This document shows, piece after piece, positions 37,604 to 55,494 of a DNA stretch of 64,000 nt. The position numbers were made by a program, and so were the translations under genes. A model generated the notes under the pieces. That model was not told the DNA's origin. It saw only the letters and a list, made by a program, of their open reading frames with translations, and did no database searches. Origin of the DNA: the human T2T-CHM13v2.0 reference genome, Homo sapiens; NCBI RefSeq assembly GCF_009914755.1, contig NC_060934.1, one strand, 5' to 3'. The stretch's first letter is position 1; each line of letters starts with the position of its first letter.

Positions 37604-38978
37604 CTGTTATTAAAAAGTGAACATGCAAATAAAATGAATTTTTTAAAAAATCACAATTTTCAAAATCATACTGACTTTTTTTCTGAAACAGTAGTTGTTA
37701 AACCTGAGAAAACCCCAGAAAGATGCATATAACACAATATCTTATGTAACATTTGTAAGGTTTATAAACCTCCCCCCGACCAAGTTAAACAATATTGTCC
37801 GAAAAGCTCTCAAAAGCAAAAATAAAGTGTGAAAGTCTTGTTGAATTTATATTCTTGGTTTCCTAAGTTATATAAAAAACTCACCACTATACCTAATATT
37901 AAAACCAGTTTTTAAAAAATGTTTTGAAAATTACAGTTTCAATTTTTAAACAAAACATCCTTTAAATTGTATTGCTCTAATACTAAAGGATCTTTCTAAC
38001 TTTTATCTTTCAATTTAATATATGGTTGAAATATTGTGAACCACTACCTTTAAAATGCAAGGTACTCCTGAAGATCAAATACAGAAGCTGAACAATGTAA
38101 AGTGTAACATATGGGTCCTTCCCCACATTCACTATTTGTAGTTACTAAGTACAAACACTTCAATCCTATGAAGCAGGCAGAAAGAATACAAAAACTTCTG
38201 ACAACAGGAAAGCAATACTCTTTTCAGTCCCTGCTTGACTCTTTTTCCCTCAGATTCCCATATTCTACCCCTTGCTTGTTGCTTCCTCCATTTACCCTCA
38301 GCCTTAAAGTTCTTGTACTGACATTATTACTTCTATATATCTCAGCTCCACATATCTAACAAATACCATTAGAAAGAAAAGCACTGGGTTAAATGTAGCA
38401 AAAAAAGTATAAAGGCCAGGAAATAGAGATAAAATCTAGACAATTAGAAAAATTAAAGTGAGAAAACTTTATGCCAAAAAACCAGAACAGTAAGAGATAG
38501 AAGTGCAAGATCAGATGAGCAATAAAATCTAGTCTATAGGCAGAAAAATAAAATCAAATATCATGAAATTAGCAAGTGAAGGAAACACAAGATAAAGGGC
38601 TTATATCAGGGTTCCAAGAAGATTTAAAGCCCATGTTTGTTCAGTTTTAATTGTTCCTCCTCCTTTACTTCTTTAATAGCAAGATTATACTAAAGGCGAT
38701 GAGGGAAAGGAATACGGGTGACAGTTTTTAACTTTCCTAATACTGTCTCTGCTGTTATGTTTAATTGAACTTCTATATCTAACATGTTTTTCTTTCAACA
38801 ACTCCAACAACTAGAATCAAAAGACTAGACAAAAGCAAGAAAAGGAAAAACAGGTTCATTTTTGCCTAAGACAGTGTCAAATAAGCAGGGCAGCAGAACT
38901 GCAAATGGCAAAAGAACTTATGAAGCATTTTCATTTAAAGAGAAAAGGTTTCAAAAGAAAAAATATTAGAATTCTTAC

Positions 38979-39168
38979 CAAGTACTTTCAGTGGTGCCTT
39001 TTCTAGGTTCACAAGAGCTGTACCAAAGGGAATTGCTATTGTTGTGAAATTGTTGGAATCACTCATCAGGGGACATTCTGGTAGAGTAAGATAAAACCTC
39101 AATGCTTCAACATCAGGTAAGGAGCTAGTCAGTTTAGGAATAAGATTCTTTTCCAAACTAGCTGCCAC
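38979..39168 (-). CDS. HERC4: HERC4 coding exon (190 nt): VAASLEKNLIPKLTSSLPDVEALRFYLTLPECPLMSDSNNFTTIAIPFGTALVNLEKAPLKVL
   Basis: AG/GTAAG boundaries; overlaps ORF track 38935..39168. Confidence 0.96.
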
Positions 39169-39672
39169 CTATATTTTGACAAAAAGTAAAACCTACTTCA
39201 TTTAAAATGAATACACTTTCAAAGAAAAAAAAAAAAAAAGGAAGGCAGGAAGAAAAGAAAGAAAAGGAAAATTTTGCACTACAGCAAATATGAAATGGTG
39301 AAGAAGAAAAAAGAAAGACAATGTCTTACAATGAATATACTTTGGAGCACAATGAAAATTAATGCCTAAGCATTACTTGGAGAATTTAAAAAATCACGTG
39401 TACAAGTCTCAATTTAAACTCTCTACCTCTATAACCATACACAAACTTAAGCAACGTGGTAATGTTAAGTAATTCAGGGTCTGCTTCAAACATCTGAAAA
39501 GATTTATAGATCTTTGACAGCTAAATTACAAATGCTTTAAAATAAAATCTTATTTTAAAAGCACATCGTAAGAGTCTGTGAAACTGCAAAGTAAATTAGG
39601 CTATAAACGTATAAAACAAAAGAAAACAAAATCAACAGATAATACTGTAAACATAATACTTTAAAAACAGAC

Positions 39673-39784
39673 CTGCTGAGATATCTGCGGATGATCAGGT
39701 TGTATAAGTTTGTGGAATAAAAGCCTAGCAGCATTCATATCAACCCCTGAAAATCTGGTACCTGTTCTATAGTGATCATCATTG
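39673..39784 (-). CDS. HERC4: HERC4 coding exon (112 nt): NDDHYRTGTRFSGVDMNAARLLFHKLIQPDHPQISQQ
   Basis: AG/GT boundaries, phase 2 to 0. Confidence 0.95.
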
Positions 39785-39907
39785 CTAAAAAACAGAAAAG
39801 AAAAAAAAAATAGAATAAAAATTTAAAATTATTTCATTTTTTAATTTGATATACTATTTAAGACAATAAATTTGAAAATTTCAGCATATTAAAGAATTGC
39901 CACTTAC

Positions 39908-39967
39908 CTAACAGCTAAAAAACTTCCATTTAGGCAACCAGAGGAAGAAAACGTTCCATCTATCTCA
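39908..39967 (-). CDS. HERC4: HERC4 coding exon (60 nt): (N)EIDGTFSSSGCLNGSFLAV(S)
   Basis: AG/GTAAGT boundaries, phase 2 to 2. Confidence 0.95.
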
Positions 39968-40672
39968 CTAAAAAATTTAAAAAAGTTTTTTTAATCATAG
40001 AATCAGAAATTTAATTGTTTACCCTTTCTTAAAAAAGAATTAAAATGAATAATTAATCTAATGTTTAATGCTACAGAGCACTCCTCTAACACCCAATTAG
40101 ATGAATCAGAATTACATAAATTGCTAAAGACTGATAAAATAATACTTGATGAAGGTATTACTGTTTATTCTAGACTTTCTTAAATATTACTTTCATCCAT
40201 TTATCCAATGTTATCTGCTTTAAAACATGGAATTTTAAAAATTAAGTGTGTATGTTCATGTAAAAAGTTTTTTAATTTAAAAAAATTTTAAACATTTTAT
40301 ATTGGCAGTGAGCCTAATCTGGGATGCCTTTGGGATTTTCAGAAAAATTATAGTTTTGGAAAACAAGCTAGAGAAACAAAACAGCTTTTCAAATACAACC
40401 CATCATCCCAAATACCAACAAAAAACAAATAACATCTTAAGTGCTACTAGGCAAGTTAACAAAATATTCAAGAAAGAAATAATACTCAAGTCTTCCACAA
40501 AGTATAAAAGTTAAGATAGTGACCATTATAAAACCAGAAGGAACACATTTCAAGGCCAATCCTAAAATGGCTACATTAAATATTTTATGTTATCATTTAA
40601 CATATCTCTATGCACATGAAAGAACTACAACTTATACATATTTAATTAAGATCTTTAAAAATATCCATGGAT

Positions 40673-40949
40673 ATTTTTTTTTGGAGACAAGTTCTCACTT
40701 TGTTGCCCAGGCTACAGTGCAATGGTGTTAATCTCAGCTCACTGCAGCCTCGACCTCCTGGGCTCAGCTGATCCTCCCACCTCAGCCTCCCAAGTAGCTG
40801 AGACCACAGGTGTGCACCACCACGCCCAGCTAATTGTATTTTTTTGTAGAGACAGGGTTTTGCCATGTTGCCCAGGCTGGTCTCCAATTCCTGGGCTCAG
40901 GCAATCTGCCTGGTGCTGGGATTACAGGCATGAGCCACTGTGCCTGGCC
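40673..40949 (-). mobile_element. Alu (J-like)
   Basis: CACTGCAGCCTCGACCTCCTGGGCTC, an AluJ-type motif. Confidence 0.85.
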
Positions 40950-40966
40950 CAAAATGCTTTTCTTAC

Positions 40967-41091
40967 TTGGCTATCTCCACAGGAAACCTTCCAGAAGGAT
41001 AGCTCAGCCATTTCTGAATTAGAGCTTCATTCACTGTCCAGATCTGCTTTGTCGGATTGGGACATCTGAAGTCATCTGGTGGCCCACAGTT
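40967..41091 (-). CDS. HERC4: HERC4 coding exon (125 nt): [41 protein letters not shown]
   Basis: AG/GTAAG boundaries, open frame, phase 0 to 2. Confidence 0.95.
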
Positions 41092-41373
41092 CTAAATTTT
41101 CAAATAAGATTAGTCAGAGGGAAGAGATATTATATATAACTCAAAAACCAAGAAATTCCCACCATATATTTGTTCTTTAAACAGAATTAAATCTCTCCTG
41201 AACACCTGAAACAAAAACCTATCAAATAGATCAGAAAAAACTTATTCTGTAGACTTAAGGGGAAAAAAACTAAGGCAATTACTTTGTAACATATAAAGAA
41301 CATTAATAATGGGTTTTTAAAATTTGTCAAAATTATTGGAGCTATTTAATTATTTACATGACTATATTATTAC

Positions 41374-41450
41374 CTGGGGACTAGAGTAATGTGAAAAGCT
41401 TTGATCTCCCCCTGAGAAAATTCTTTTTACACAGAAATATTCTTCAGAAT
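41374..41450 (-). CDS. HERC4: HERC4 coding exon (77 nt): DSEEYFCVKRIFSGGDQSFSHYSSPQ
   Basis: AG/GT boundaries; phase 1 to 0 fits the neighbouring exons. Confidence 0.95.
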
Positions 41451-41748
41451 CTGTAATAAAAATGTAAAAAATTAAAAGCCAAGATTTACATAACATATTT
41501 CAGAGCATCAATATGCCATTAGATTTTCACATAATCATCTTATTTAATAAGGCCTCCCATTCATGGACTTCATGGTATAAAGTGACTTGAAATATTCTGA
41601 CTGCTATGGGGATGAGACTGACCAAATGATGAACATTAAACGATCCCACAAGCATAAGCAGCATTTGGTGAAGTTTACAAGCCTTTCTTCTGCCCTGCAC
41701 CAAGAAAAAAAGCTTTTTCTAATCTGCATCTCAGTATATTTCAGTTTA

Positions 41749-42360
<612 letters not shown>

Positions 42361-43189
42361 TCATAATGCAGAATTTTTTTTTTCAATATAGGTGTACAAG
42401 ATAATACATACAGCTCTTTGTTGGCAGCTATTTGTCAGTAAAAGCCAAATTAGGCCCCAAAGTGAATACATTAATAAGCAAATTTATTAGGAATAAAGAA
42501 AGGGCAACAAAGTTTCTTTTGAAAAAGATATTCCGGGCCTCTTTTTTTTCTTTTCTTCTGCTCCCCAAACTGGAAAGAGTATCTATTACCAAAAATATTG
42601 CTTGGCTAGTCCATAGTCTATCCCTGTTATCCTATTCCCATTCCTTAGTTGACTAATTCTTCACCTTGTATTATTTGTGACCATGGCTGCTATAGAATTA
42701 TCCATTCTTTTCAAGGAAATGACCACATGTTAATTTCCTTGATTATTCCTTACAAGCAAGCACAATGTTTTATTTGTAAAAGAAATCAGTAAATACCTGT
42801 CCATACAAATATGCAATTGTTATCTAGGTTATACCAAAAATGAGCTTCAGAGTTTAGAACAATAATTTGATAATTACTATCAAATTTTCCGTAAGTCACA
42901 AGAATACCCTAAGGCCAAAAACAAGTTTTAAGAATAGAATAAAAGGGTAAATCTTTATTAAATAAGCCAATTATTCAACCTAAAATCTTTTTTCTAAATA
43001 ATTCTCACAAATCTATATGGAATTGCTCATTTCCTCAAAAGATTTAGCAGGATGTTATTTATTTACTCTTAAAATGTGATTGTGCCCTCTATAAACAATT
43101 CCCTACAAGATGGTTGACTAATCTACAGTACATGAATGGGTTTCTGGAGGCTATGAGTTAGGTACCAAAAGTTAAGTTTCCTTAATTTC

Positions 43190-43756
<567 letters not shown>

Positions 43757-44195
43757 TCCTTAATTTCCTTTTAATCACTACTCGAAAAAGTTTGAGAAAC
43801 CTAGTCATTTGTCCTGTACAACTTTATGCAGACTGGATTTTGCTGACTTTATCTTTGTGGTTTCTCCTAACATTTGGCTTGGTCTTCTGTTCTGTAAATT
43901 GGTGGTTGAATCTAGACAGGTTTCAATCACCATTTGGTTATTTCAGTAAAACTACTACATGGAGGCAGGAGAGTAGTTCCATCAGGAAACACATAATTCC
44001 TTTGAGAAGAATTTTCACTGAGTTCTTTTTTGTGGTGGTAGTAGGCATTGATGCTCATTCACTGTAGGTTGAAAAATTAAGTGTTAGCATTACTTCATAT
44101 TGTAGCTGAAGCATTAGTTTCTCCCTATCTATTATATAGTTATCTTATAACAGGAAAGAGAGGATTAATGCTTGATCTATTACAATTATTTACTG

Positions 44196-44288
44196 TCCTC
44201 TTGCTTTTCAAATTTGCATTTCTTTGATACTAAAGAGGGTAATAATTTTTGCATGTTTCCTAGTAATATAAATTTCTTCTTTTAGGAA
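44196..44288 (+). repeat. 93-bp segment duplicated at 46457-46549 (probable source copy)
   Basis: 89/93 identity by manual alignment. Confidence 0.93.
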
Positions 44289-44796
44289 CTTCCATTAATT
44301 TCCTTTATTTATTGTTTGTCTTATTTATCTATTAGCTGTCTTTTTTTTTTTTCATTAATATGTATGGACACTTTAGATATTCAGGATATTAACCTTAGGT
44401 TGTAATTGCTACAAATATTTTTTCCAAATAATTATTTGCTTAATTTTGACTCACAGAACATTTACTTTTCCATTTAAACAAATTTATCTAATTCTTTATA
44501 ACTTTCATAGCATATATGCTGAGAAAGGCTTTTCCCATCCTCAACTCATATCTTCTTGTCTTAAGAAGTATTTACTCTTTAATTCATTTATAGTTTATCT
44601 TAGTGCATATTGTGACATTAGGATCTAAACTGACCTTTTTGTCCCCAATTTTCATGTGTCAAGTAATTTTCCCCCCCTTATCTAAAGAACAGTGATGCCT
44701 TGTTTCAATGTGTATGAACAGACATCATATCTTCCACCTGTAATACATACTTTTGCCACTCTTTCTCTATCTGAAAGTGTCCTTAAAATTCCTCTC

Positions 44797-45023
44797 CGCT
44801 GGGCACAGTAGCTCATACCTGTAATCCCAGCACTTTGGGAAGCCAAGGTAGGAGGATCACTTGAGCCCAGGAGTTCAAGACCAGCCTGGACAACATGGCA
44901 AGACCTCGCCTCTACAAAAAAAATTAAAAATTGGTTAAGCGTGGTGGCGCATGCCTGTAGTCTGAGCCCAAGAGGTCGAGGGTGGAGTGAGCTGTGATCA
45001 CGCCACTGCAATCCAGCCTGGGC
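44797..45023 (+). mobile_element. Alu (J-like, partial)
   Basis: Alu match with deletions. Confidence 0.82.
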
Positions 45024-45473
45024 AGCCTTCTTCTTCTTCTTTACAAAATATATTGTCAGGGAAAATTTTGAAGACCTTGAAATAGACCCCCCCCTGCCCC
45101 ACAAGAAACAGTCTTGATTAGTGCACTGTTTAGGATTATCTCCACCTTTCACTGTCTTTGAGCTATTCACAATTCTGTAAATTGTAATTCTACTTAGAAG
45201 CAAAACAGTGATAGAGCTACAACTGTGTATGTGCTTTTGTTTAACATGGAAAATGAGTAGTTTTGATGGTCTCTAAGTCCCTTTCCACTCTTAGCACTTA
45301 TTCAGGACTCCAAAGGGCTTTGTTTACATGGGTTAAAATCATTAATACTTAACGTATTAGAACTTAAAATTGAGAAACTTAAAAAATAGTTTTTTATTTG
45401 AAGATGAGCAATATTGAGTGCATTACATTTAGCATAGAAAACATCTTAGTATTAATATGAAAATCATTTTGAC

Positions 45474-45785
<312 letters not shown>

Positions 45786-46319
45786 TCATTATGACTTCAA
45801 GAACCCTCTGAGATAGAAATACTGAACTCAAGCAAAATGTCACTTTGTTGCAGAATATTAAAGAGCATAACTAAAGATACAACTGGGGAAATGAATTTTA
45901 TTTTCCTCAGTTTATACCTGAGTCTGAAAGAAGCTATAAAATGGTTAACATCTTAGCAAAGTTAACTCAATTTAGAAGGACCTGCTCCCTTGGTTTACTG
46001 ATAAATACCTATAATATAAAATGCTATTCTTTACTTTTTGTGTAATCTGCTAGATAGCAAATAATCTGTTTTATTAAAATAATATTCTATGCTTTATGTT
46101 GTCTTTATTGTCCTTTAAATTTAAGAGGAAAAAAGAACAAAGGCTCCTGACTTACAAAAGAGCTAAAGTTCTTTTCAATCATATCATCATCTGTATTTAT
46201 TTTTATTTATTGTCACCGTAGTAAAATAGGTAACTAAGTATTATTTCTCAAGCACTTATGATTATATCTTAATGAAGTATCCACATTTCCTCTCATACTT
46301 ATTTGATTTTTGCCTTCCT

Positions 46320-47036
<717 letters not shown>

Positions 47037-47037
47037 A

Positions 47038-47334
47038 GGCCAGGCATGGTGGCTCATGCCTGTAATCCCAGCATTTTGGGAGGCCGAGGCAGGCAGATCA
47101 CCTGAGGTCAGGAGTTTGAGAACAGCCTGGCCAAAATGGTGAAACCCCATCTCTACTAAAAATACAAAAATTAGCTGGGTGTGGTAGCACTGCTTGTAAT
47201 TCCAGCTACTCAGGAGGCTGAGGCAGGAGAATTGCTTGAATCCAGGAGGCGGAGGCTGCAGTGAGCCGAGATCCTGCCACTGCATTACAGCCTGTGCAAA
47301 AGAGTGACACTCCACCTCAATTGAAAAAAAAAAA
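47038..47334 (+). mobile_element. Alu
   Basis: Full dimer. Confidence 0.9.
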
Positions 47335-47477
47335 AGGGGGGGGGTACAGTACTATCCAGTTCTAATTTCAGTTATTATTTAAAATGTTTTCTGGCACAAC
47401 CTTACTGCTCTAATTCTCACTTATGCCAGTGGTTCTCTAACCTTATTGTTTCTAATCCACATATTCTATGCCAGTAG

Positions 47478-47800
<323 letters not shown>

Positions 47801-48796
47801 TCCCATGGAGTTTTATAAAAATAAAATAAAAAATAAAAATATGTCTAGGCTTGATCCTACACTTGCTGGTTCTTTTGATATTCTTGTGTATACCTGGTAT
47901 GTTAGATCTCAAGATTATTAAGTTGTATCTCAAGATTTCGTTTTTGTCTATAAATGGTTATGCTCAGCTATATTTACATATCAGACATAAGAGTCACTGA
48001 GTTCCTTGAAAATAGGCCTAATCATCATCTTTGGAAACATTATTATTCTTACTCTGAATCTTCATCAGATCATATCATTTGATAATTATCAGTAATAAAC
48101 TAGCCACAGTTATTTTAGGCCTGTGTAACCTATTAACCAGAGCAGTTTTTGTCTGCTCTGATGCTTGCCTGAAGACTCTCCTACAAGCTACAGGCCAGTT
48201 TGTGTTTTCAACAAAGGAGTCTCAGAGCCCTATTAAAAGGATTCCAACAGGTATGTGAAACAATGTATACATCAAAGAAAAGACACTTGGGTATAGGGTT
48301 CTGAAGAGATCTCTCTTACATAACTTTCAAAACGTAGCAGTGAAGTACATTAGGATTCCTCATATTCTTTTTTGTTAGGTGAGAAACAGACATTTCATGA
48401 AACTGCTAACCCAAGGTCCAGCAGAATAAGAATTCATTATGACATAAGAAAGAATGAACTGATGAAGAAAAATTTATTATGGTTACATGTTTGAGTAATG
48501 TTTAATTTTGATTTTGTGCTCATTTTTCCTTTCTAAAGTTATCCACAATTTCATAAAACTCTGCTTGAGTAAACTAAAAGGAATTATTTAAAAATGCTAC
48601 CTGATTCTCACTGATGCCCAGAATTCCATCTCTTACTAAGTCTCCCTTCATTAGTAATATATTTATAAAGGTTCAATAAGAATATGTCCCCTTTCCTACT
48701 ACAATATAATTGAAAAAAATCTATTATGCAACCAAAGACTTATCTGAAGTGTTATATTTGAGAACAACGGTTACTTAATCCGGTATGACAAGTCAC

Positions 48797-48927
48797 TTTT
48801 TTTTCTTTTGTAGAGACAGGGTCTTGCTATGTTGCTCAGGCTGGTCTTGGACTCCTATCCTCAAGCAATCCTCCCGCCTCAACCTCTCAAAGTGCTGGGA
48901 TTACAGGTGGAAGCCATCACACCAGCC
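48797..48927 (-). mobile_element. FLAM / Alu left monomer
   Basis: Single left arm. Confidence 0.78.
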
Positions 48928-49024
48928 AATAAGTCATCTGAAGGAACAAAGTTTGCCTGTACTAACAGGGGCGATGCTGAGGATACCCTCTGTGCAGTAA
49001 AGATTAGCTCAGCAGGTTTGGGGT

Positions 49025-49747
<723 letters not shown>

Positions 49748-49843
49748 GTTGTTTCAACTTTACACATTTTAAAGAAAGGTGTGCCCCTTGCCTGGCTCCA
49801 GGGAGATAATAATCACTAAACCAAAGGAATATTCTGGCTGTTA

Positions 49844-50157
<314 letters not shown>

Positions 50158-50339
50158 TTCCTCTTGTTTACCCATGGCACTGGCCACACAGATAGTTTAT
50201 GATTAAAATGTTAATTCATGCTGGGGGCCATGGGTTTAACCTCTGGATGGGCTAGAATTGGTAAATTAAATTCACATGTAACTAGTTTTTATCCTATACA
50301 GCTTGAGTACAGTGCAAAAAGATTATCAATTTTTACACA

Positions 50340-50762
50340 ATTTTTTATCATAAAATATACATAAAATTTACAATTTTAACTGCACAATTTAGTGGTAGCA
50401 AGTATATTCACAATGTTGTGCAACTATCACCACTAATCATTTCTAGAACTTCATCTTCTAAAACAGAAACCCATTAAATGGAAACTCTCCGTACCCTCCT
50501 CCCTCTAGGAACTAGTAACCACTATTTCTGTCTCTATGAATTTGGTTGTTCTAGGTACCTCTTATCAGTAGACTCATATGATATTTGTCCTTTTGTGTCT
50601 TTCACCCCACATAATGTTCTCCAGATTCATACAAGTTGCATAATGTATGAGAATTTCATTACTTTCTATGGCTGAATACTATTCCACTATAGAGGTATAC
50701 AATATTTTTTTTCACTCATTCATCTGCTGATGGACGTGGGTTGTTTCCACCTTTTGGCTATA
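50340..50762 (-). mobile_element. L1MB-like 3' end
   Basis: Reverse L1M 3' UTR motifs (ATATTCACAATGTTGTGCAAC, GGCTGAATACTATTCC, GGGTTGTTTCCACCTTTTGGCTA). Confidence 0.7.
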
Positions 50763-51315
50763 ATGTATCACAATTTTTTGATGAAACTAAATTGCAGCAA
50801 AAACGACTGATTTTAAAACACCAACTCCTTCCCCATTCTAATGCAAATAATCTCAAGGTCTACAGTTTCGAAGGTGCCAAAATGCATTCCTAAGTAATGG
50901 TGACCTTTGTTAAATATGAGCTTAACTGAAAAAGCCTTTTAATTATAAAAAAAAATCAAGTTTATTTACAATAAAAAGCACTGGACCTTTACAAATGTCA
51001 ACCTTCATAGTATCCTCGTCACTGTGAATAGATAAAATCTATTAACACACACGTGACTCAACTTTTGCATCACTTTAAAGAAAATCAGAATTCTGGTTTC
51101 CATCAATAGATAAACAAGAAGACAATTCTGAGGAAGTTTGGGATAGTAAAAAATATATATGAAAAGAAGGACATTTTGGTTTCAGGTTGTCAAAAAAATG
51201 AATGAGAAAACAGCATTCAAATATTTCCAACTAAGTAGTAAATTAACATCAATGAAAAAATAATCAGCTCTGCAAGAATAATAGATAAAAAATAGGTATA
51301 TACAAGTTTGGCTAA

Positions 51316-51670
<355 letters not shown>

Positions 51671-51932
51671 TATTTTAATTTTTATGAGTACACAGTAGGT
51701 ATATATATTTATGGGATACATGAGACATTGTGATACAGGCATACAGTGTATAAAAATCACATGAGAATAAATGGAGTATCCATCCCCTCAAGCACTTATC
51801 ATTTCTTCGTGTTACAAATGTTCCAATAATATATTTATTTTTAAATGTACAATAAATTATTCTCGACTGTAGTCACTCTGTTGTGCTATGAAATACTAGA
51901 CCTTATTCATTCTATTAACTATATTTTTATAC

Positions 51933-52243
51933 TTTTTTTTTTTTGAGACGGAGTCTTGCTCTGTCACCTAGGCTCGAGTGCAGTGGCTCACTTGGCTCAC
52001 TGCAAGCTCCGCCTCCCGGGTTCATGCCATTCTCTTGCACAGCCTCCCGAGTAGCTGGGACTACAGGCCTGCAGGCGCCTGCCACCATGCCTGACTAATT
52101 TTTTTTTTTTTTTTTTGTATTTTTAGTAGAGATGGGGTTTCACTGTGTTAGCCAGGATGGTCTTGATCTCCTGACCTCATGATCTGCCCGCCTCAGCCTC
52201 CCAAAGTGCTGGGATTACAGGGGTGAGCCACCCCACCCCTGCC
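51933..52243 (-). mobile_element. Alu (Y-like)
   Basis: Full dimer. Confidence 0.9.
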
Positions 52244-53348
52244 ATTTTTGTACTTATTAACTATCCTCACTTCCTCCCCTTACCCCACTACCCTTCCCAG
52301 CCTCTGGTAACTATCATTCTATTCTCTATCTCTGTGAGTACAACTGTTTCAATTTCTAGCTTCCACCAACAAGTGAGAACATGTGACTGTCTTTCTGTGC
52401 TGGCTATTTCACTTAACATAATGTCCTCCAGTTCTCATATTGTTGCAAATGACAGGATCCCATTCTTTTTTATGGCTGAATAGTATTCCATTGTGTATAT
52501 ATACACCACATTTTCTTTATCCATGTCTGTTGATGAACACTTAAATTGATTCCAAATACTGGCTATTATGAATAGTGCTGCAATAAACATGAGAGTGCAG
52601 ATACCTCTGTGATGTACAGATTTCCTTTCTTTTGGGTGTATACCCAGCAATGGATCATCTGATAGTTCTATTTTCAGTTTTTTTAAGGAATCTCCATACT
52701 GTTCTCCATAGTGGCTATACTAATTTACAATCCCACCAACTGTATACAAGCGTTCCCTTTTCTCCATATCCTTGCCAGCATGTTATTGCCCTTTTAGATA
52801 AAAGCCATTTTAACCAGAGTGAGATAATACCTCATTTTAGTTTTGATTTGCATTTCTCTGATGATGTTGAGTACCTTTCATATACCTGTTAGCCATTTGT
52901 ATACCTTCTTTTGAGAAATGCATATTTAGATCTTTTGCCCATTTTTTAATGAGATTATTAGATTTTTCCTATAGAGTTGTTTCAGGAACAACCGAGTTGT
53001 TGAGTTCAACAGAGTTCAACAACTGAGTTGAAACAACAGAGTTGTCTTTATATATTCTGGTTATTAATTCCTTATCAGACGGGTAGTTTGCAAATATTTT
53101 CTCCCATTCTGTGAGTTGTTTCTTCACTTTCTTGTTTCCTTTGCTGTGTAGAAGCTTTTTAATTTGATGTGATCCCATTTGTCCACTTTTGCTTTGGTTG
53201 CCTGTGCTTGTGGGGTATCACTCAAGAAATTTTTGCCCAGACCAATGTCCTGGAGAGTTTCCTCAGCTTTCTTGTCATAGTTTCAGGTCTTAGATTTAAG
53301 TTTTTATTCCATTTGTACATGCTTTTTGTATACAGTGAGAGATAGGGG

Positions 53349-53724
53349 TGTATTCGTCTGTTTTCATGCTGCTATAAAAAATTGCCTGAGACTGGGTAAT
53401 TTATAAAGGAAAGAGGTTTAACTGACTCACAGTTCAGCATAGCTGGGGTGGCCTCAGGAGACTTATAATCATGGCAGAAGGCGAAGAGGAAGCAAAGCAC
53501 CTTCTTCACAAGGTGGCAGGAAGAAGTGTCGAGCAAAGTGGGGTAGAGCCCCTTATAAAACAATCAGATCTTGTGAGAACTCACTCATTATTACAAGAAA
53601 AGCATGCAGGAAACCGATTCCATGATTCCATTACCTCCACCGGGTCTCTCCGTTGACACATGGGGATTATGAGGATTACGATTCAAGATGAGATTTGGGT
53701 GGGGGCACAAAGCCTAACCATATG
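53349..53724 (-). mobile_element. THE1 (THE1D-like) MaLR solo LTR
   Basis: TGTATT...GAGACTGGGTAATTTATAAAGGAAAGAGG...TTCAAGATGAGATTTGGGTGGGG...CCATAT; AGGGG TSD. Confidence 0.85.
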
Positions 53725-54474
53725 AGGGGTCTAGTTTCATTCTTCTGCATATGGATATCCAGTTTTCCCAGTACCATTTATTGAAAAGAATATCCTTTTT
53801 CCAATGTATGTCCTTGGCGCCCTTGTCCAAAATGAATTTACTGTACATATATGAATTTATTTCTGAGTTCTCTGTTCTGTTCCATTGGTCCATGTGTCTG
53901 TTTTTATGCCAATATTATGCTGTAATTTTATTGGGGTCTGTCTCTTGTTAGCTCTAACAATATCCGCTTTGTATATCTGGGTTTTCTAGTGTTGGGTGCA
54001 TATATATTTACAACTGTTATATCCTCTTGTTGTACTAATCCTTTTATCATTATACAATGACCTTCTATATCTTCTTATACTTTTTGTCTTGAAATCTATT
54101 TTGTCTGATATAAGTATAGCTACTCCTGCTCTTTTTGGTTTCCATTTGCATGGAATATCTTTTTCCATCCCTTTATTTTCAGTGTATGTGTGTCTTTATA
54201 GGTGAAGTGTGTTTCTTTGCAGGGAGCAGATCACTGGGTCTTGTTTTTTCATCCAGCCAGCCACTCAGTGTCTTTTGACTGGGCAGTTTAGTCCGTTTAC
54301 TAAATGTTATTATTAATAAGGACTTACTCCTGACATTTTAAAATTTGCTTTCTTGTTTTATGGTCTTCTCTTCCTTCTTTCCTTCCTTCCTATCTTCCTT
54401 TTTGTGAATGTGACTTTCTCTGGTGGTATGTTTTAATTTCCTTTTTTTTTTTAATTTTCTGTGCATCTATTAAT

Positions 54475-54720
54475 TTTGTTTGTTTTTTTGAGACATGGTC
54501 TTGCTCTACTGCCCACACTGAAGTGCAGTGGCACAATCATGGCTCACTGCAGCCTCAACCTCCTGGTCAAACAATCCTCCTACCTCAGCCTCCCAAATAA
54601 CTGGGACTATGGGCATGTGCCATGATGCCAGGCTAATTTTTATTTTTTATATAAATGGGGTATCACTATGTTGCCTAGGCTGATCTCAAACTCCTGGGCT
54701 CAAGCAATCCTCTTGCCTCC
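54475..54720 (-). mobile_element. Alu (J-like, partial)
   Basis: Alu match. Confidence 0.82.
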
Positions 54721-55067
54721 TGTTTTCTGATCTGATCTGAGGTTACCAGGCTTGCAAACAACATCTTAACTGATGACAAGTTTACTCTCATTACAAAAAC
54801 AAATAAGCAAAGAGAAAAATGATAAAAACTTTACACTTTATCATCTTTTCCCCTGCTCTTTAATTTTATTACATCTATTTATATCTTATTATATTGTATA
54901 TGTCTTTACATGTTGCTGTAGTTATTATTATCTTTGATCCGTTTTAGTCTTCTTACTCAAGATGAGTAGTGCGCACACCACAATGTCTGTGTACTTACTA
55001 TTATCGTGAGTTTTGTACCTTTAGTTGATTTGTTATTGTTCATTAATGTCCCTTTCCTTCAGAATGA

Positions 55068-55494
<427 letters not shown>

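Noticed and set aside
38935-38978. Read-through of the donor giving a GKNSNIFSFETFSL* tail
   Set aside because: Short extension expected by chance, with no compelling adjacent poly(A) context noticed
39667-39672. Atypical donor GTCTGT (and an A-rich acceptor at 41092) as possible minor-spliceosome sites
   Set aside because: Both are GT-AG and lack the U12 RTATCCTT donor consensus; they are just weaker U2 sites
52973-53045. CRISPR-like repeat array
   Set aside because: Units are short and irregular with no unique spacers, in a mammalian L1 context
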